NCBI RefSeq assembly: GCF_009914755.1
Contig: NC_060928.1
From: the human T2T-CHM13v2.0 reference genome, Homo sapiens
Reading direction: 5' to 3' (one strand)
Length of the DNA stretch: 64,000 bases
A program made the position numbers and the translations under genes. The notes under the pieces were generated by a model that made no database searches, was not told the origin of the DNA, and worked only from the letters and a program-made list of their open reading frames with translations. This document shows, in pieces, positions 1-14,247 of this stretch (position 1 is its first letter; the number at the start of each line of letters is the position of its first letter).

Positions 1-17
1 GATATTCTCGCCACAGA

Positions 18-432
18 GCTTTGCAGTTGCTGTTCCTCCAGTTGGAAATGATTTGATCTCAGATCTTCTCATGCTAATACAGATCTCAACTCACATGACA
101 CCCCTTAGACAGCCTTTCCCTGATCACATCTAAAGCTGCCTTCATGGCATGACCTCATTTTTTTTTTCTTCAAAACAAAAGATCATTTTTCATGATGCTG
201 CTTCTCTCTTCACTCTCTCTCTTTTTTCTTTTAAACACTTATCGAGGTCTGGAGTTGTCTTATTTATGTTCATTGTTGGTCTCCTCTCCCATTTTCCCTT
301 ATGACTTAGAAGGTACGCTTTCTAAGGGCAATAACTCTATTTACTTTGCCTACTGCTATATCTACAGTGCCTAGAAGTGTCTCAAACATAATAGGTGACC
401 AAGAGATATTTTCAGATTGTCTGACTGACTGA
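18..432 (+). mobile_element. L2 LINE 3' end fragment
   Basis: ctttgcagttgctgttcct...cagatctcaactcacatgacacc...cctttccctgatcac...gtgcctagaagtgtct..acataataggtg resembles the L2 3' consensus; boundaries approximate. Confidence 0.7.
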
Positions 433-574
433 CCCAGAAATATACAGACAACTACTTTTGAAGCACAAATCCATGCTATCTGAGAGTCATAATGAATTGG
501 CAAGCTGCTTCATAACATGTCACTTTCTCACTTATCACATCACCTTTCATGCTAAGTAATAAAATGTTTTTAAG

Positions 575-720
575 GTATAATGGGGAAATGTACAAGCTTG
601 GGTATCAGGAAGACTTAGGTTTGAATTCTAACTCTGCATTGACTCAGTTACATCATTTAGAAAATAAAGAAATGTTTCCTTCTTTTCACAGTTATTCAGA
701 TCATGTGTGATACATATTTA
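575..720 (+). mobile_element. MIR SINE fragment
   Basis: gtatcaggaagacttaggtttgaattctaactctgc resembles the MIR head. Confidence 0.5.
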
Positions 721-2279
721 CATTATAAAAATTTCCTCCCTCCTTCCTTCCCCCCGGTCTCTTTCTTTTTTCCCACTTCCTTCTCCTCTTCCTATATGAT
801 TTAGAACGTGTTTTTGCAAAGGAAGGTGTAAAAGAAGAAGAAGAAAGAGGAACATATCCACATATTAATTTTAAAATGTCTCCTTGTACAGCTTAAAAAT
901 CACACTGTCTGGTTTGGAAAGTGATCTTAGGGTTCATCTAGTCTCCTCTATGATGTTTCAATATCCTCTATAATTTCCCAGCACAGTTATTGTCCAGCTT
1001 ATGCTTAAACAGCTCTCGCAAGGAAAATTCTACCCCTAATACTATCTAGCCACCAAAAAGTATTATAAATTATGTATCAGACCATGTACAATTGTAGCAT
1101 CAGCTAATATTAAAAATAGTTTTCAAAGTACAGAAAATTCATTAAATTAGTGAGTCCCTTTAAAAGGAAAACTTCAAGTATTTTGCAATTTATCAAGACC
1201 TCTAAGGTTGTATTTTTACTGATATTTTTAAAATAAATTCTGATAACATCAAACCTATAAAAGGTTCATCACAGACCAAATACCTCCCTAACCTTTTAAG
1301 CTTTCACAGTAAAAACTGTCTTTTTTATTTATATAAGTTTGAGAAATATACAAATGTAATCATAACCCCCAAAGCAAAATTTTATGGCAATTTTCAGAAC
1401 TCTTCACTATAAAAACTACTCAAACCTACAAACATAAAAGTTTCCAATAAAATTTGTTTTAGATACTGGCAATAAAACACTCTTTGCTTGCCTCTTAACT
1501 CCAAATTTTGGAGCCACAGCTGTCCAAATGCCAAAGATATATTCTACCTCTCCCAGATACACATACACCAAACTTTTAATCTCTCCCAAATGAAAACACC
1601 AACTATTATTAGTTATTAAACATCACTAATATTTCATACTTAGCAAATGTGTATTAATGGAAATAAAAGCAAAAATAGGTCCTAGTAAAGAAATCACAAT
1701 GAAAATGATACATAAATCACTAATGTATCTTTAAGCAACTACATTTTACTTTTAAAATAATGTCCTCATGCTTTCACCCAAAAATGTTTGTGATTTTGAA
1801 CCCTGAGTACGTTTCATAATTAAAATGTAAATAATAAGGGACAAAAATGTGCATGTAAACATTGAAGTGATTCATATTGGAAGGTCTTCTGAAATTATGT
1901 GTATGTGCTACATTAAGGGCATTTGGAAAGCTGATTTCCCTCCCATTCTGGTCCTACCAATACCACTGGAAGGTACTACCAGTGGTTTCAGCACCCAGAA
2001 AACACCCAGCAGCCTCCTAGCTCTGGACTCTTCCAACTTACCAGCATGGTCATTTCAGCCCTCAGGTCTTGAAGTCATTTGATTTTATCCATTGCTCTGA
2101 TCTCTATTTCTTTAAGAGATCACACAAAATATAAACCAGGCCCTTTTCTATAACATCAGCATATTGTGCACTGTGGATGGAGCTAGGTGGTATATTGAAA
2201 ATGCCCTGCACTCAATCCATTCCTTACATAGATGTTGTTCTTTTGTTTTAGGGAAGGAATGTTGTATGGAGACATGCAC

Positions 2280-2370
2280 AGACTTTGGCACTCAGCCCTG
2301 CCACTTTCTAATTGTATTAGCTTGGCAAGTTAACCTTTACCAAGTGACAATTTTTCTCATTTATAAAACT
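2280..2370 (+). mobile_element. MIR core fragment
   Basis: ccctgccactt..ctaattgt..cttggcaagttaacct...tttttctcatttataaaa. Confidence 0.5.
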
Positions 2371-2484
2371 GTGAGTAGTTTCCTTCTCTTTGTCTTATTC
2401 CTGACCCTATGGTGTCATTGCTAATCTTTCATGAAACTCTTTCAACGATATACTTGGTCTCTCTTTAAATATACTCTCCATCAT

Positions 2485-3018
2485 AATTCAGATTCAGCAA
2501 AGCAAACCCTGAGACAAAGATTCCTGTACAAGTGACTCACTAGGGAAAAACTACTAGGAGAGACCTGCAAGGAGATGTGGGAAACAGGCAAGGAGAGAGA
2601 AGAAGGCAACCAAGGGTCCACTTTCAAGCAATGAATTGGCCTCACCTGATGTCACAGAGTTTGGGAGCATAAATTACACATATAAGTTTGTCCCCATCAT
2701 AAGGTTGCCCAATGAAGTACAAGACATCCAATTAAATCTGAATTTCAGATCAACCATTAATTCTAGCAAAAGTATGTTTCGAGTATTGCATGCAACAAAC
2801 TTTTACTAAAAAAAGTATTTGCCATTTACCTGAAATTCAAATTTAACTTGCCATCCTGTGTTTTGATTAGTAAATCGGGAACCCTAAGGGTTGCTGGGCT
2901 TTCACACTTAGGGCTGTGAAGGTGGGGAGATGGGCACTGGGACATGGGCAATTAAGGTTCATAAAAATGGTAAGAGAGATTGAGTGGGATCTGAGTGGAG
3001 CACAAACAGTGTCTGTTA
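2485..3018. mobile_element. Old ERVL-type LTR (LTR33/LTR16-like), split by MER53
   Basis: gcaaaccctgagacaaagattcctgtacaagtg before the MER53 and gggatctgagtggagcacaaacagtgtctgtta after it; family recalled from memory. Confidence 0.45.
2700..2886. mobile_element. MER53-like palindromic hAT DNA transposon (MITE)
   Basis: Terminal inverted repeats taaggttgcc...gggaacccta; internal palindrome ttaaatctgaatttcagat / acctgaaattcaaatttaa. Confidence 0.8.
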
Positions 3019-4244
3019 GTGTCTTCTATTTCCTCATTTTCTTCAGAAGAAACTCCTTCCACCTCCTTTCCATTTTGGAAACTTGGCCCATCTCCAAAGA
3101 AAGCACACTTCTCTTCAGTGGAGCCTACTTTTTCTCTGTGACAAAAATGGCTCTCTACAGTTCTTCACTGTGGAAAGATTTATGGCTTCCAGATTACAAG
3201 TTCATTGCTCTAACTCACTAGAGGTGAAGTCTTTCTTCTTTGAGCTCTGCCTATTATTGCCTTCTATCCCCTTGCAGTTTTACCTACATCCAAGGGACTT
3301 AACTAATTCACTGATAACAGTGGCATTCAGGTCACAGGTTTACTTGAGCCCCAATTTCTGCCACAATCTTAGTTACAATTTTGTCAATTAAGTAGATTTG
3401 AAGTTCCATGATCACTTCTCCATTTCCACAGCATGTCTTTGTAATTTCACTCTTATCTAATCATCATTGGGAATTGCCCCATCCCTGAAAGCTTCATTAG
3501 CCACCTTAAAAATACTGTTGTTTATTCAGTTTTCACTCCCTTACTCCTACTGTATTAGGCCTTAGACTTAATGGAGACCTTTCCTAATCCATTGACTCCT
3601 CCTGAATTACTTTCTTCTCTCATCACCCACACATTTCAGTCTTTCCTCAATATTTATAGACCTTCTCAATAGCCTCATCCACTTTGCATTCTGCTACACA
3701 CACCCTGAAAGACTTCAACCCCCGTCAATGCAAACACCTCTCCTCTCCATCCTTCCAGAATTTAGCTGAGAGATTACCAGGATATCATGTGTATTGGGAG
3801 AGCAAAACTTTCACTAATAATGACAGGAAAAAAAATGTAAATCTTACTGAAATTGACTACATTATATATTGCTACAACATAGCATTTCCAGTGATTGGCA
3901 TTTGAAGTACAAAGATACTGTGATACATTGCAATTTTTCTTTAGGGGTCATGCGACATTTAAGATGAAAAATATGAGATTGAGTAGAATAGAAGCATGAG
4001 TCTCTATACCTAGTAATTTATGTCATAATATAATTTGAAAACACTGTGTTAAAAAATGCCAAATCTATGTTAAGAATTATACATTAAAAATATACATGGG
4101 AAAAATATAACTAATAATATTGCTTTAAAATTAGGCTTGAATTTGACCCCTTTTTTCAATAACATTTGATTACATTTACTTATTTTGTAGTCTGAAAGGA
4201 TAAAAGAGGCAGAAGAAATAAAGATAAAAAAAGAAAGCAAAATC

Positions 4245-7200
4245 AGAGGGGCAGAGCAAAATGGTAGGATGGGACTCTCCACAGAGACATCAATTTGAAA
4301 AATTATCCATGCACTAAAATACTTTTTCACAAGAGCTAAGGAAATCAGGTGAGAGATTATAGTAAGTGTTTGCAGCACAATAAGAAAAGAAATATTGAAG
4401 AGAGTAGGAGTGATAGTCTTATACTACCCACATTGCCCATCTCCCAATCCTAGGCAGCAAAGTCCAGCAACAAATACTGTCCATGTCAGGAAAGAGAGGG
4501 AAGTGAGCACAGTACCTTGCCTGTGCCCTAACACTAGGTTGGCCACTGCAAAACCCAACAACAGGTAGGCCCCACAGTACCAGAATCCAGGCCAGTATCC
4601 ACAGGCTGAGCCTCCAGACATGCCCTCATGCTAGGTAGGACCCCTCCAGCCTCAGGCTTCAGGCCTGTGAGGTAGACTCAATCTCCAGTATGCCCTTAAT
4701 GGTGACAGGAAGTGGACAGCTCTCAGTGCTTGGCAGGCCTTGGTCGCCTTGAGCTTCCAGCTCACCCCAGTGACATGCATGCTGGCCACAGTGGACTCTG
4801 ACTTTGGGTGTAACCCAACCCCTTGCTGGCCACAGCAGCCCAAGGCTTTGGGCCTACCCCGCCACTTCACTGTCCTTCAAAAGTGAATGAGAGATAAAGA
4901 CTTTCTCAAACAGAAGCTGAGGGAGTTTATCACCACCAAACCTATCTTGCAAGAAATGCTGAAAGGGAGCTTAAGATGAAAGAAATGGACACTAATAAGT
5001 AACAGGAAAACTTGCTTTTATCTTTTCAGATAAAAAAATAAAAATCTGAAATGATAAAAATCTCTGGTAAAAGTAAACACACAGTCAAATTAATAATGCT
5101 CTTCATACTGTAATGTTGGTGTTTAAATCACTATATCTTTAGCATGAAGCTTAAAAGACAAAACTACTAAAATAATAATTGCTACAATACTTTTTAAGGA
5201 CTCTACAATATAAAAAGATATAAATTGGGATATCAAAAATGTAAAATGTTGGGAAGGTAGTGGAGTAAAACTGTAGAGTTTTTTGTTGTTGTTGAGATAA
5301 ATTTAAGTTGTTATACATTTAAAATAACCTGTTATGACTATAAGATGTTTTTGTAAGCCTCATGAAAGCCACAAACCAAAAATGTACAGTATATACACAA
5401 AAAACAAAAAGTCAAACATAAAACTAGAGGAAATTGCTTAGCTACAAAGGAAGATAACAAGAAAGATAGAAAAGAACAAAGATCTACAAAACAACTAGAA
5501 GTCAATTAACACAATGGTAGCAATAAGTCCTTACTTATCAATAATTACAATGAATGTAAATTGTTAACCCAAATCAAAAGACACAGAGTGGCTAAATGGC
5601 CTTTTTAAAGGACTCAAATGTATGCTACCTATAAGAGACTCAATTCACCTGGAAGAACACCCATGGATGAAGGGATGGAAAAAGATATTCCATGCAAATG
5701 GAAGCTAAAAGAAAGCAGGAGTATCAGATAAAATAGACCTTAGGTCAAAATCTGTAGAAACAGGCAAAGAATGTTACTGTAAAATAATAAGGGGGTAAAT
5801 TTAGCAACCGGATCTAACAATTGTAAATATATATGCACTCAACATTAGAGTATCTAAATATATAAACCAAATATTCATAGATCTAAAGGAAAAGACTACA
5901 GTAAAATAAGCATAGGAGATTTCAATGCTCTACTTCCATCAATGACAGATCATCCACACAGAAAATGGATAAAGAAACATGGATCTCAAACTACACTTTA
6001 GATCAAACGGACCTAACACACATATACAGAACATTCCAAACAAAGGCTGAAGAATGCATATTCTTCTCAACTGCACATGGAACATTATTCACAGTGGATC
6101 TACATTAGACCACAAAAAAAGTCTTAACAAATTTAAGAATATTAAAATAATATCAAGTATCTTTTCTGACCACAATGATATGAAACTAAAAATAAGTAAC
6201 ACAAAGGACTTCAGGAGGTTCACAAATACAAGGAAGTTAAATAACCATGCTCTTGGACAACCAATCGATCAATGAAGAAATTAAAAGGGAAATTTAAAAA
6301 TACCTAAAGACAAAAATGGAAACACAATATAGTAAAACTTATGGGTTACAGTAAAAGAACTTATAAGAGGCACATTTATAGCAATAAATACAGAAAGAAA
6401 AAGAAAAAAGAAAGAAAGAAAGATCTCAAATAAACAAGCTAACACTGCACCTCAAGGAACTAGAAAAATAAGAATAAATTAGGCCCAATGATAGTAGAAA
6501 TAATATAAAAATAAAAATCAGGGCAGAAATAAATGAAATAGAGATTAGAAAAAAAACAAAACAAAAGGTCAGCAAAACTAAGGGTTGGGTTTTTAAACAC
6601 AAAATTTATGAATCATTAGCTATGTTAACTAAGAAAAAAAAGGTAAGACTCAAATAAATAAAACCAGAAATAGAAAAGGAGATATCACAACTGATATAAC
6701 ACAAATACAAAAGATCATAAGAGACTAGACTATTATGAACAATTATATGCCAATAAATTTGATAACCTAGAAGAAATGGATAAATTCCTTGAAACATAAA
6801 AGTTATCAAGATTAAATTATAAAGAAATAAACAATTGAAACAGACCAATAGTAAGAAGATTGACTCAGTAATAAAGGTTTCCATCAAAGAAAAGCCTAGG
6901 ACTTAATAGTTTTACTGCTGAGTTCTACCAAACAATTAAAGAAAAACTGATACTAATTCTTTTCAAACTAGCCCCCAAAAAATTAAAGAGGACAGAACAC
7001 TTCCAAACTCATTCTCTGAGGCCAGCATCACCCTGATACCAACACCAAACAAGGACACTGCAAAAAAAGAAAACTGTCAGCCAATATTCCTGTTGGACAT
7101 AGATGCAAAAATTCTGAACAAATTACTAGCAAACCAAATCCAATGGCACATTAAAAATATCATTCTACATGATCAAGTGGGATTCATCGTATGTAAATCA

Positions 7201-9510
7201 ATAAATGTAATATATCACATTAGCACAATGCAAGAAAGACTAATATGATCATTTCAATAGATGGAGAAAAACCATTTGACAAAATTCTACATCCTTTCAT
7301 AATGAAAACCATCAGCAAATTAGGTTTAGAAAGTATGTACCTCATAAAGGCCATATATTACAAACTCAGCACTACCATACCCAACAAGGAAAAATTGAAA
7401 GCTTTTTCTCTAACCTCTGGAAGAAGGTAAATATGCCCACTCTCACTACTTCAATTTAAAATAGTACTGGAAGACCTAGCCAGAGCAATTAGGAAAAAGA
7501 AAAGAATGAGAGGCATACAAATAAGAAATAAAGATGTTAAATTGCCCCTGTTTGAAGATGACTTGATTTTATACTTAGAAAACCCTAAACACTTCACCAA
7601 ATAACTGTTAGAACTAATAAATGAATTTGGTAAAGCTGCAGGACACAAAATCAAGATACAAAAGTTAGTAATGTTTCTGTACATTAACAACAAACTACCT
7701 GTAAAAGGAATCAAGAAAAAAGAACATTTATAACAGCTATCAAAAGTTTTTTTAAATACTGAGGAATAAATTTAACCAATGAGGTGAAAGTTCTCTACAC
7801 TAAAAACTATAAAACCTTGATGAAAGAAATTGAAAAAGACAAATAAGTGGGAAGACATCTGATGTTCACAGATTGAAATAATTAATATTGATGCTGGGTG
7901 CAGTGGCTCAAGCCTGTAAATCCCAGCACTTTGGAAGGCCAAGGTGAGCAGATCACTTGAGGCCAGAAGTTGGAGACCATTTTCGCAAACATGGCAAAAA
8001 CCCGTCTCTACTAAAAATACAAAAATTAGCCAGGCATGTTGGTGCGTGCCTATAATCCCAGCTACTTGGAAGGCTGAGGCACGAAAATTGCTTGAACTTA
8101 GGAGGCAGAGGTTACAGTGAGCCAAGATGGTGCCACTGCACTCCAGCCTGGGCAACAGAGTGAGACTCTGTCTCCAAAAAACAACAAAAACAACAACAAA
8201 AATTAATATTTTTTAAATGCCCTCACTACCTAGAGAAATCTAGAGATTCAATGTAATCTTTATCAAAGTAACAATGACATTCTTCACAGAAATAGAAAAA
8301 AATCCTAAAATTTGTATGGAACAATAAAAAGCCTCAAACAGACCCCCAAAAATTGATAGAAAAGAATAAATCTTTAGTCATCACACTACCTGACTTTAAA
8401 ATATACTACAAAGCTATAGTAGCTATAGCAGACACAACAGCATGCTACTGGCATAAAAAGAGACAGACACATAGACCAATAGACTAGAACAGAGAATCAA
8501 GAAGCAAGAAAATGAATAACCCAATTGGAAAATAGGCAGATAACTTGAATAGCCATTCTTCAAAGAAGACATAAAAATTACCAATAGGTATTTGAAAAAT
8601 TCTCAACATTACTAATCAGCAGAGAAATGCAAATTAGAACTAGAATGAAATCACCTCACACTACTTAGAATTTGGTATTATCCAAAAGACAAAAGATAAC
8701 AAATGTTACAGAGTATGTGGAGAAAGCGGATTCCTTGAACACTGTTGATAAGAATGCAAATTAGTACAGCCATTATGGAAAGCAGTATGCAGGATCCTCA
8801 AAAAATTAAAAATAGTACTACCTTATAATTCTGTGATCCCACTTCTGGGTATATATCTGTAGGAAATGAAATCAATATCTCAAAGAAATACTGTGCTGCC
8901 ATGTTTATTGTAGCATTATTCACAATAGCTAAGATATAGATTATATCTAAGTGTCCATCAACAAACTAATGGAAAAAGAAAATGTGGTGTATGGAATGGA
9001 ATACTATTCAGCCATACAAAATAAGGAAATCCTCCTATTTGTGAAAACAGTGATGAACCTGGAACACATTATGTTATATGGAATAAAGCAGACACAGGAA
9101 AATAAGTATTATATGAACTCATTCATATATGGAATCTAAAAAAGCAGATCTCGTAGAACTAGAGAATACAATGGTGGTTACCAGGGCCTGGGGCTATTGG
9201 AAGCGGGAGGAGGCTTGGTGTTTACCAAAGGCTACAAAATTTCAGTTAAATAGGAGGAATAAGTTCAAGAGATCTATTGCAAAATATAGTAATTACAACC
9301 AATAACAATATATTATATTCTTGAAAAATGCTAAGAAAATGGATAAATATCATCACAAATATAATAACTATGTGAGGTAATGAATACACTAATCAGCTAC
9401 ATTAATTCATTCCACAATGTTTATTGCTTCAAAACACCATGATGTACACAGTAAAAACATTCAATTTTATCTGTCAATTAAAAAACAAACAAATAAATTA
9501 ATAAAGAAAA
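4245..9510 (+). mobile_element. L1MA-type LINE-1, near full span, with internal deletions (most of ORF1 near 4870; part of ORF2 near 8495)
   Basis: GC-richer 5'UTR; decayed ORF2 peptides (e.g. [14 protein letters not shown] at 7245, tttgaagatgac near 7551); L1MA 3'UTR ggaataagttcaagagatctattg; A-rich tail. Confidence 0.9.
7893..8200 (+). mobile_element. Alu (older S/J-type) inserted in the L1MA
   Basis: Full dimer; flanking aattaatatt at 7880-7889 and 8201-8210 (TSD); tail with CAA-type repeats. Confidence 0.95.
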
Positions 9511-10724
9511 ATAGCAATTATCACTCACAAGTTGTTGGATGACATATATTAGTACATAAATGCAAAAATTAAGATGAAACAGAGAAATTGTTATACATAC
9601 ACATAAACACAATGTTGACAAATTTATAAAGTTTATATTATTTTCTTGGAATTAAAAAGTTGAGGAGCAACTTTAAAACACTAAAAATTTTGAAGTTCAA
9701 TCTTTCAAAATTAAATATAAATTCTGCTTACTTCAAAACAACTCTAGCAAGATGTTTTGCAGCAGCTTAATTCATTACGCTATCAGTGTTCAGAAACAAA
9801 AATGACTAAAAGCTGGAAACTACACAGAGCATCCCCCTGACTTCAAGTAATGAAATTGAAGTAAAGGTTAATGATATTTTAAAAGTTTTTTTCTTCTTTC
9901 TTGCATTATTTTACTGTCTTAGTCATTTAGTATTTAGTATTCATGAAGGTGTGTGAACATTAATTTTGGTTTTTATATACTTGCCTCAGACATACTTAAA
10001 CTGAAATAGTTTGATTACCACCTGAAGTAGAAGGTAATAAATCATATTGCTTCTCCTTTTAGTACAACTTGATTTTACCAATCTTTAGCCTTAAGTTTTA
10101 TTTGCTGGACTTTAATAGCCCCAAATGTGCACATATGTGTAATAGATTCCTTCAGCCTGGGTCCTGAGTCCCAGTGTAAGTTGTTGGGTGAGGTGAGGTA
10201 GTCTAATATGACTACAGCAATAGCAAAACTATTACTATAAGTAGCTGAAATGAAGTGGCCCAAAGAATGGGTTCCAGATTCATAATAATTAGTTGGTTTC
10301 TCTTTGGCTCTAAGCCTGAGTCTAAAATTTCAGATCCAAGCAGTCTCTCAGAACTGCAAGAGACAAAAACTCAAAAACATATCTTCTATAAATAAACTTT
10401 TAGGAACTTAGAGCATCTTAAAGCAACACATTGTAGAGAGATTCACCTGACATCTCCACCCACAACATAAACACACACACATAGACAGAAAGACATAAAA
10501 ATATTAAATGAGTTGGGCACTACTGAGATAGACATGTCTTTGGACTCATTATCTAATATAGAATACTTATGCCAGTCTTAACAAGCAAAAAGTTCTGCAG
10601 ATTAAAAAAATGTTTCTAAATGACTAAATGTACCTTCCCAGTTGATGCCCATAAAATATCATCTGAAAATCTCTACTTAATTTGAAGGTGATGTTGGAAC
10701 GATCTACCTTTACCATTTAAGGTT

Positions 10725-11030
10725 TTCATTCGTTTATTTGTTCATTTATTCAACAAGTGTTGATTGAATGTTTACCATGTTTCAAGCACTCTACTGAGTA
10801 CTGAAAAGAATAGAACTGTGCCAGAAATAAATGTTGTTTTAGCACCCTGGGAACATAAGTATTAATATGATGAGTGTTAAGATCCAGGCAATATGCAACA
10901 CATGTGGCCAGAGAGCTTTCCATGTATGAGTCAGGAAAGACATCTTTGACCAAGTGGCTTTTCAGAAAAGACCTTATTTGAGTGGCCAGGAGTTGTTGAG
11001 GAAGGGCAGAGGGAATCCAAAAGATAGAAT
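10725..11030 (-). mobile_element. L2 3' end fragment
   Basis: ttcattcgtttatttgttcatttattcaacaagtgtttgattgaatgtttaccatgtttcaagcact is the reverse L2 tail. Confidence 0.7.
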
Positions 11031-11924
11031 AGCTCTTTTCTCTCGAAAGGACTAACTCTGTATTTAGCCTTCATTTTCACTTGTTCTGATACATTCACAA
11101 TGATTACAAATAAAGGTATAAAAAAGAAAATATGAGGGAAAGGTGAAAGCTGGCATTCTTTTTGGTCTCCTTGCTATTTAAAGGGCTCATTCCTGTCGGT
11201 TTGACTTTAAACAGATGGCATGTAGTAACGACTTAATGAGATAAATGCTCCTCCCCAGGTTAGGATTTGTGGCTGGGCCTTTCTCTTAGAAAAAGTATTT
11301 ACCAAAGAATAAAATCAATTTCTTATATATTAGCATTTCTTAAACTCATAACATTTTATATATCTATGATTCAATATTAGCATTTATGATCTGCGATATG
11401 GTTATGCTATCAATTCATTTAGTACTTTACTTCTTCTGGTTTATCTAAAGCAGCACTACTGTATAATTGCTTTTGTGCTTTCCCATTTGCTTTTTTCTTG
11501 TAAAAGAAAAAAGAATGAGAATATTAACAAGCCAGCTGTTAGCACTTCTTTGATATTTCCCTATGGTCTGCTCCATTAGAGGGGGCTAAGTTCTTAATAA
11601 CCATTGGATTTGTTAATTATTGGTAAACAGTGGTCTACGAATTTGGATAATGGATTCATTTGATGCATTTATTTTTACCAAGGCAATTTGGGGTTCTCTT
11701 GTCTTTAATAGGTTTGTTAAAATATTCCTGAAAGCATAATTCAGATGTTCAAGCTTTCAGTCAAATTAAATAAAATCTTTCCTTTAGTTGTATAGCTAAA
11801 GCAGATACAATTTCTAGTTTTTTTTCAAGAGTTTATTTCAAATGGTCTCAGGTCATATTCTCTATACTTAGCACAAAGGAGGAAAATAATATAAAAGGCC
11901 ATTGCATTCATGACATGAATTAAC

Positions 11925-12030
11925 ATTTTATTCAATTATTCATTTACTCAGGTTCTACTTTATACCAGGTTTTCTGCTAGGCTTTGTGGAGATGAAAGCA
12001 ATGGTAACTATGGGGAAAATTTCACCCTAG
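11925..12030 (-). mobile_element. L2 tail fragment
   Basis: ttattcaattattcatttactcaggttctactttataccagg..ctgctagg. Confidence 0.45.
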
Positions 12031-14117
12031 AGACTCCTAAACAGTTGATCCTTTCAGATAAAGTTCAAGGGCATTTGGCATGGCATTTACTTTTCTATAG
12101 GAGACAAAGACAAACTCTAGTAAATTACGCTACAGAAAGTCAACAAATGCCTAATTCTATTGTCCTTGGTGATTGCCCACTCTGGGATAGATAAATTTAT
12201 GTCTTTACAGCTGTATCACAAGAGATACCCATGGGGAAACCAAGAGACATAGATCTGTATGTTTATCCCTAAGGCAGAGAGATAATAGGAATAATGTATT
12301 TCACCAGAAGTAGTTTTAAAAAGAAGAAAAACTCTCCTACCAAGTGAGCTCATTCAGAAAACATCTCTGGGCTGAACCCTATGCTATGAAATCTAGTACC
12401 TGCTGAATGGCTCTAAGATCAGACATCTTGAGAGCTCATCCTCTCCCCCTAAGGCAATCTTCATGAAGTATATGACAACTGAAACACAGAGAGCAAAATA
12501 CACTGAGAGAACTTAAGCTTTGGGTGCTTTCCAGGATCCTCAGATAACATTTATAATTTATCTAAGACAGGGACGAGTTTTATTCATATTTCTCACAGAG
12601 GCAGAAGCATAAATAAGATGCAAACTGCTTTACAATTTGCTTAACTAATGATTGTTTTCCAGAACTGACTCTTAAAAGCCTACTCAGTCAGTTCCAAGAA
12701 CATCCTAAAGAAGTTGACCACTTCCCTAATTGGAAAATTTACAAGGCAATAGATTTCTCTCCACCTCTCTGCATGTATAGGTCCATGGAGGACAACAAAC
12801 TGAAATGATCCTCCCTCCTGGAACCAATATGGAGGCAATATGAAGTGCAGGCATATCCCCTGAGTCCTAAATGGCCTTCAGCAGACATGTCCTAATGAAG
12901 CAAAGTTAAAAATTGGTAATAAATTAATAAGAATGTGCCTCTTAGTGACAATCATCCATCCATTTCCTCTTAGAGCACCTTTTAATTATTGTTACCAATG
13001 ACAGAGTTTGGGGGTCACTGCTTTCATAAAAGAAGAAAACTTTTCTGCTCTCAAGTCAGTAATGTATAGCCTTTGCATTCTTCAAACTTGGAATAACCAA
13101 TACTTATTACTCATGGTTGTTTCTTTTTAAATGCTGGGCAATGCCAGTGCTACACTGCTCTGAAAACACATTTCCTAAGTCCCCCCCGTCCTCCGCCACC
13201 CCATCAGAAGGAGACTTTCATTTTGGGCTGCTCATCATTTAGAGACAATAATGACAAGAGTATGGTCTCTATACACCTTCTTTGTCTTCATAGGGTGTCT
13301 TGATAACCCATAAAGCATCATGGGTATTAAAAAAAAACCAATAAACCACAATGCCCTATTCTTTCATTTTTCTTCATTTTTCTGTTAACTGGGTTTATAC
13401 TAACTTAAGCAGAGAATCATTCAGCTGTTCATTGGTGATCTTCATAGCTGCTGACTAATACAGCCTCTTAAACATCTCTAAGAAGCTGTAAAATGTGCTC
13501 AGGAATTTGTCACACTGACATGTGTTGGCAGCAATTTTATTTCTCAAAGAACCATGGAGTAATGCACTGTGACTTTCCCTTTCTCCCTTTTCTTCCTTCC
13601 CACTATACTCATGACATCTTCCAAATGGGGTGACTTTTTAGAATTACCTCTGCTGGAATATAATTTAACAGTTTGGAAATTGTACTTAGTAAAACCTGTT
13701 TCAAAGTAAATGAAGAGCAATTAACATGAGTCAATAATTCATCACTGTTTTTCTAGGCAACAAAACTAACTGGGGAATAGAAGTTAAGGACATCATGCTG
13801 AACAGCAACAGAGCATGGGACAGAAACCACTGTTCTAGAGCACTCTGCTTGGCCATCCATGGTAAACTCATACCCATTGCTGTCCTATCATTTCCTTCCA
13901 GCTACCAAAATCATATGGACTCTCTTTGTCCTATAACTCCCAGTTTTAAAAATGGTGGAGAGATAAAAAGAGTTGAGTCTATTTTCTAGTGACTTATGAG
14001 AAACTATGGACTTCATCACTTTTCTGATTACTGTTCTAACTCTTTTCTGCTTAATAAAGGAGGAAGAAATTACAGGCAGTGCTAGAAAGCTCATGACTAG
14101 GAAAATAAGAAGGACAA

Positions 14118-14247
14118 CTATATATGCATGTATATAGATGAGATACACACAAATATATATATGTGCTTTTTTACATATACATACATATATAAGTATATAT
14201 ATGCATATATATACACACATATTGATATATATAATATATATATATAA
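14118..14247. repeat. (TA)n-rich degenerate microsatellite
   Basis: tatatatgcatgtatatag...atatatatatata. Confidence 0.85.
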
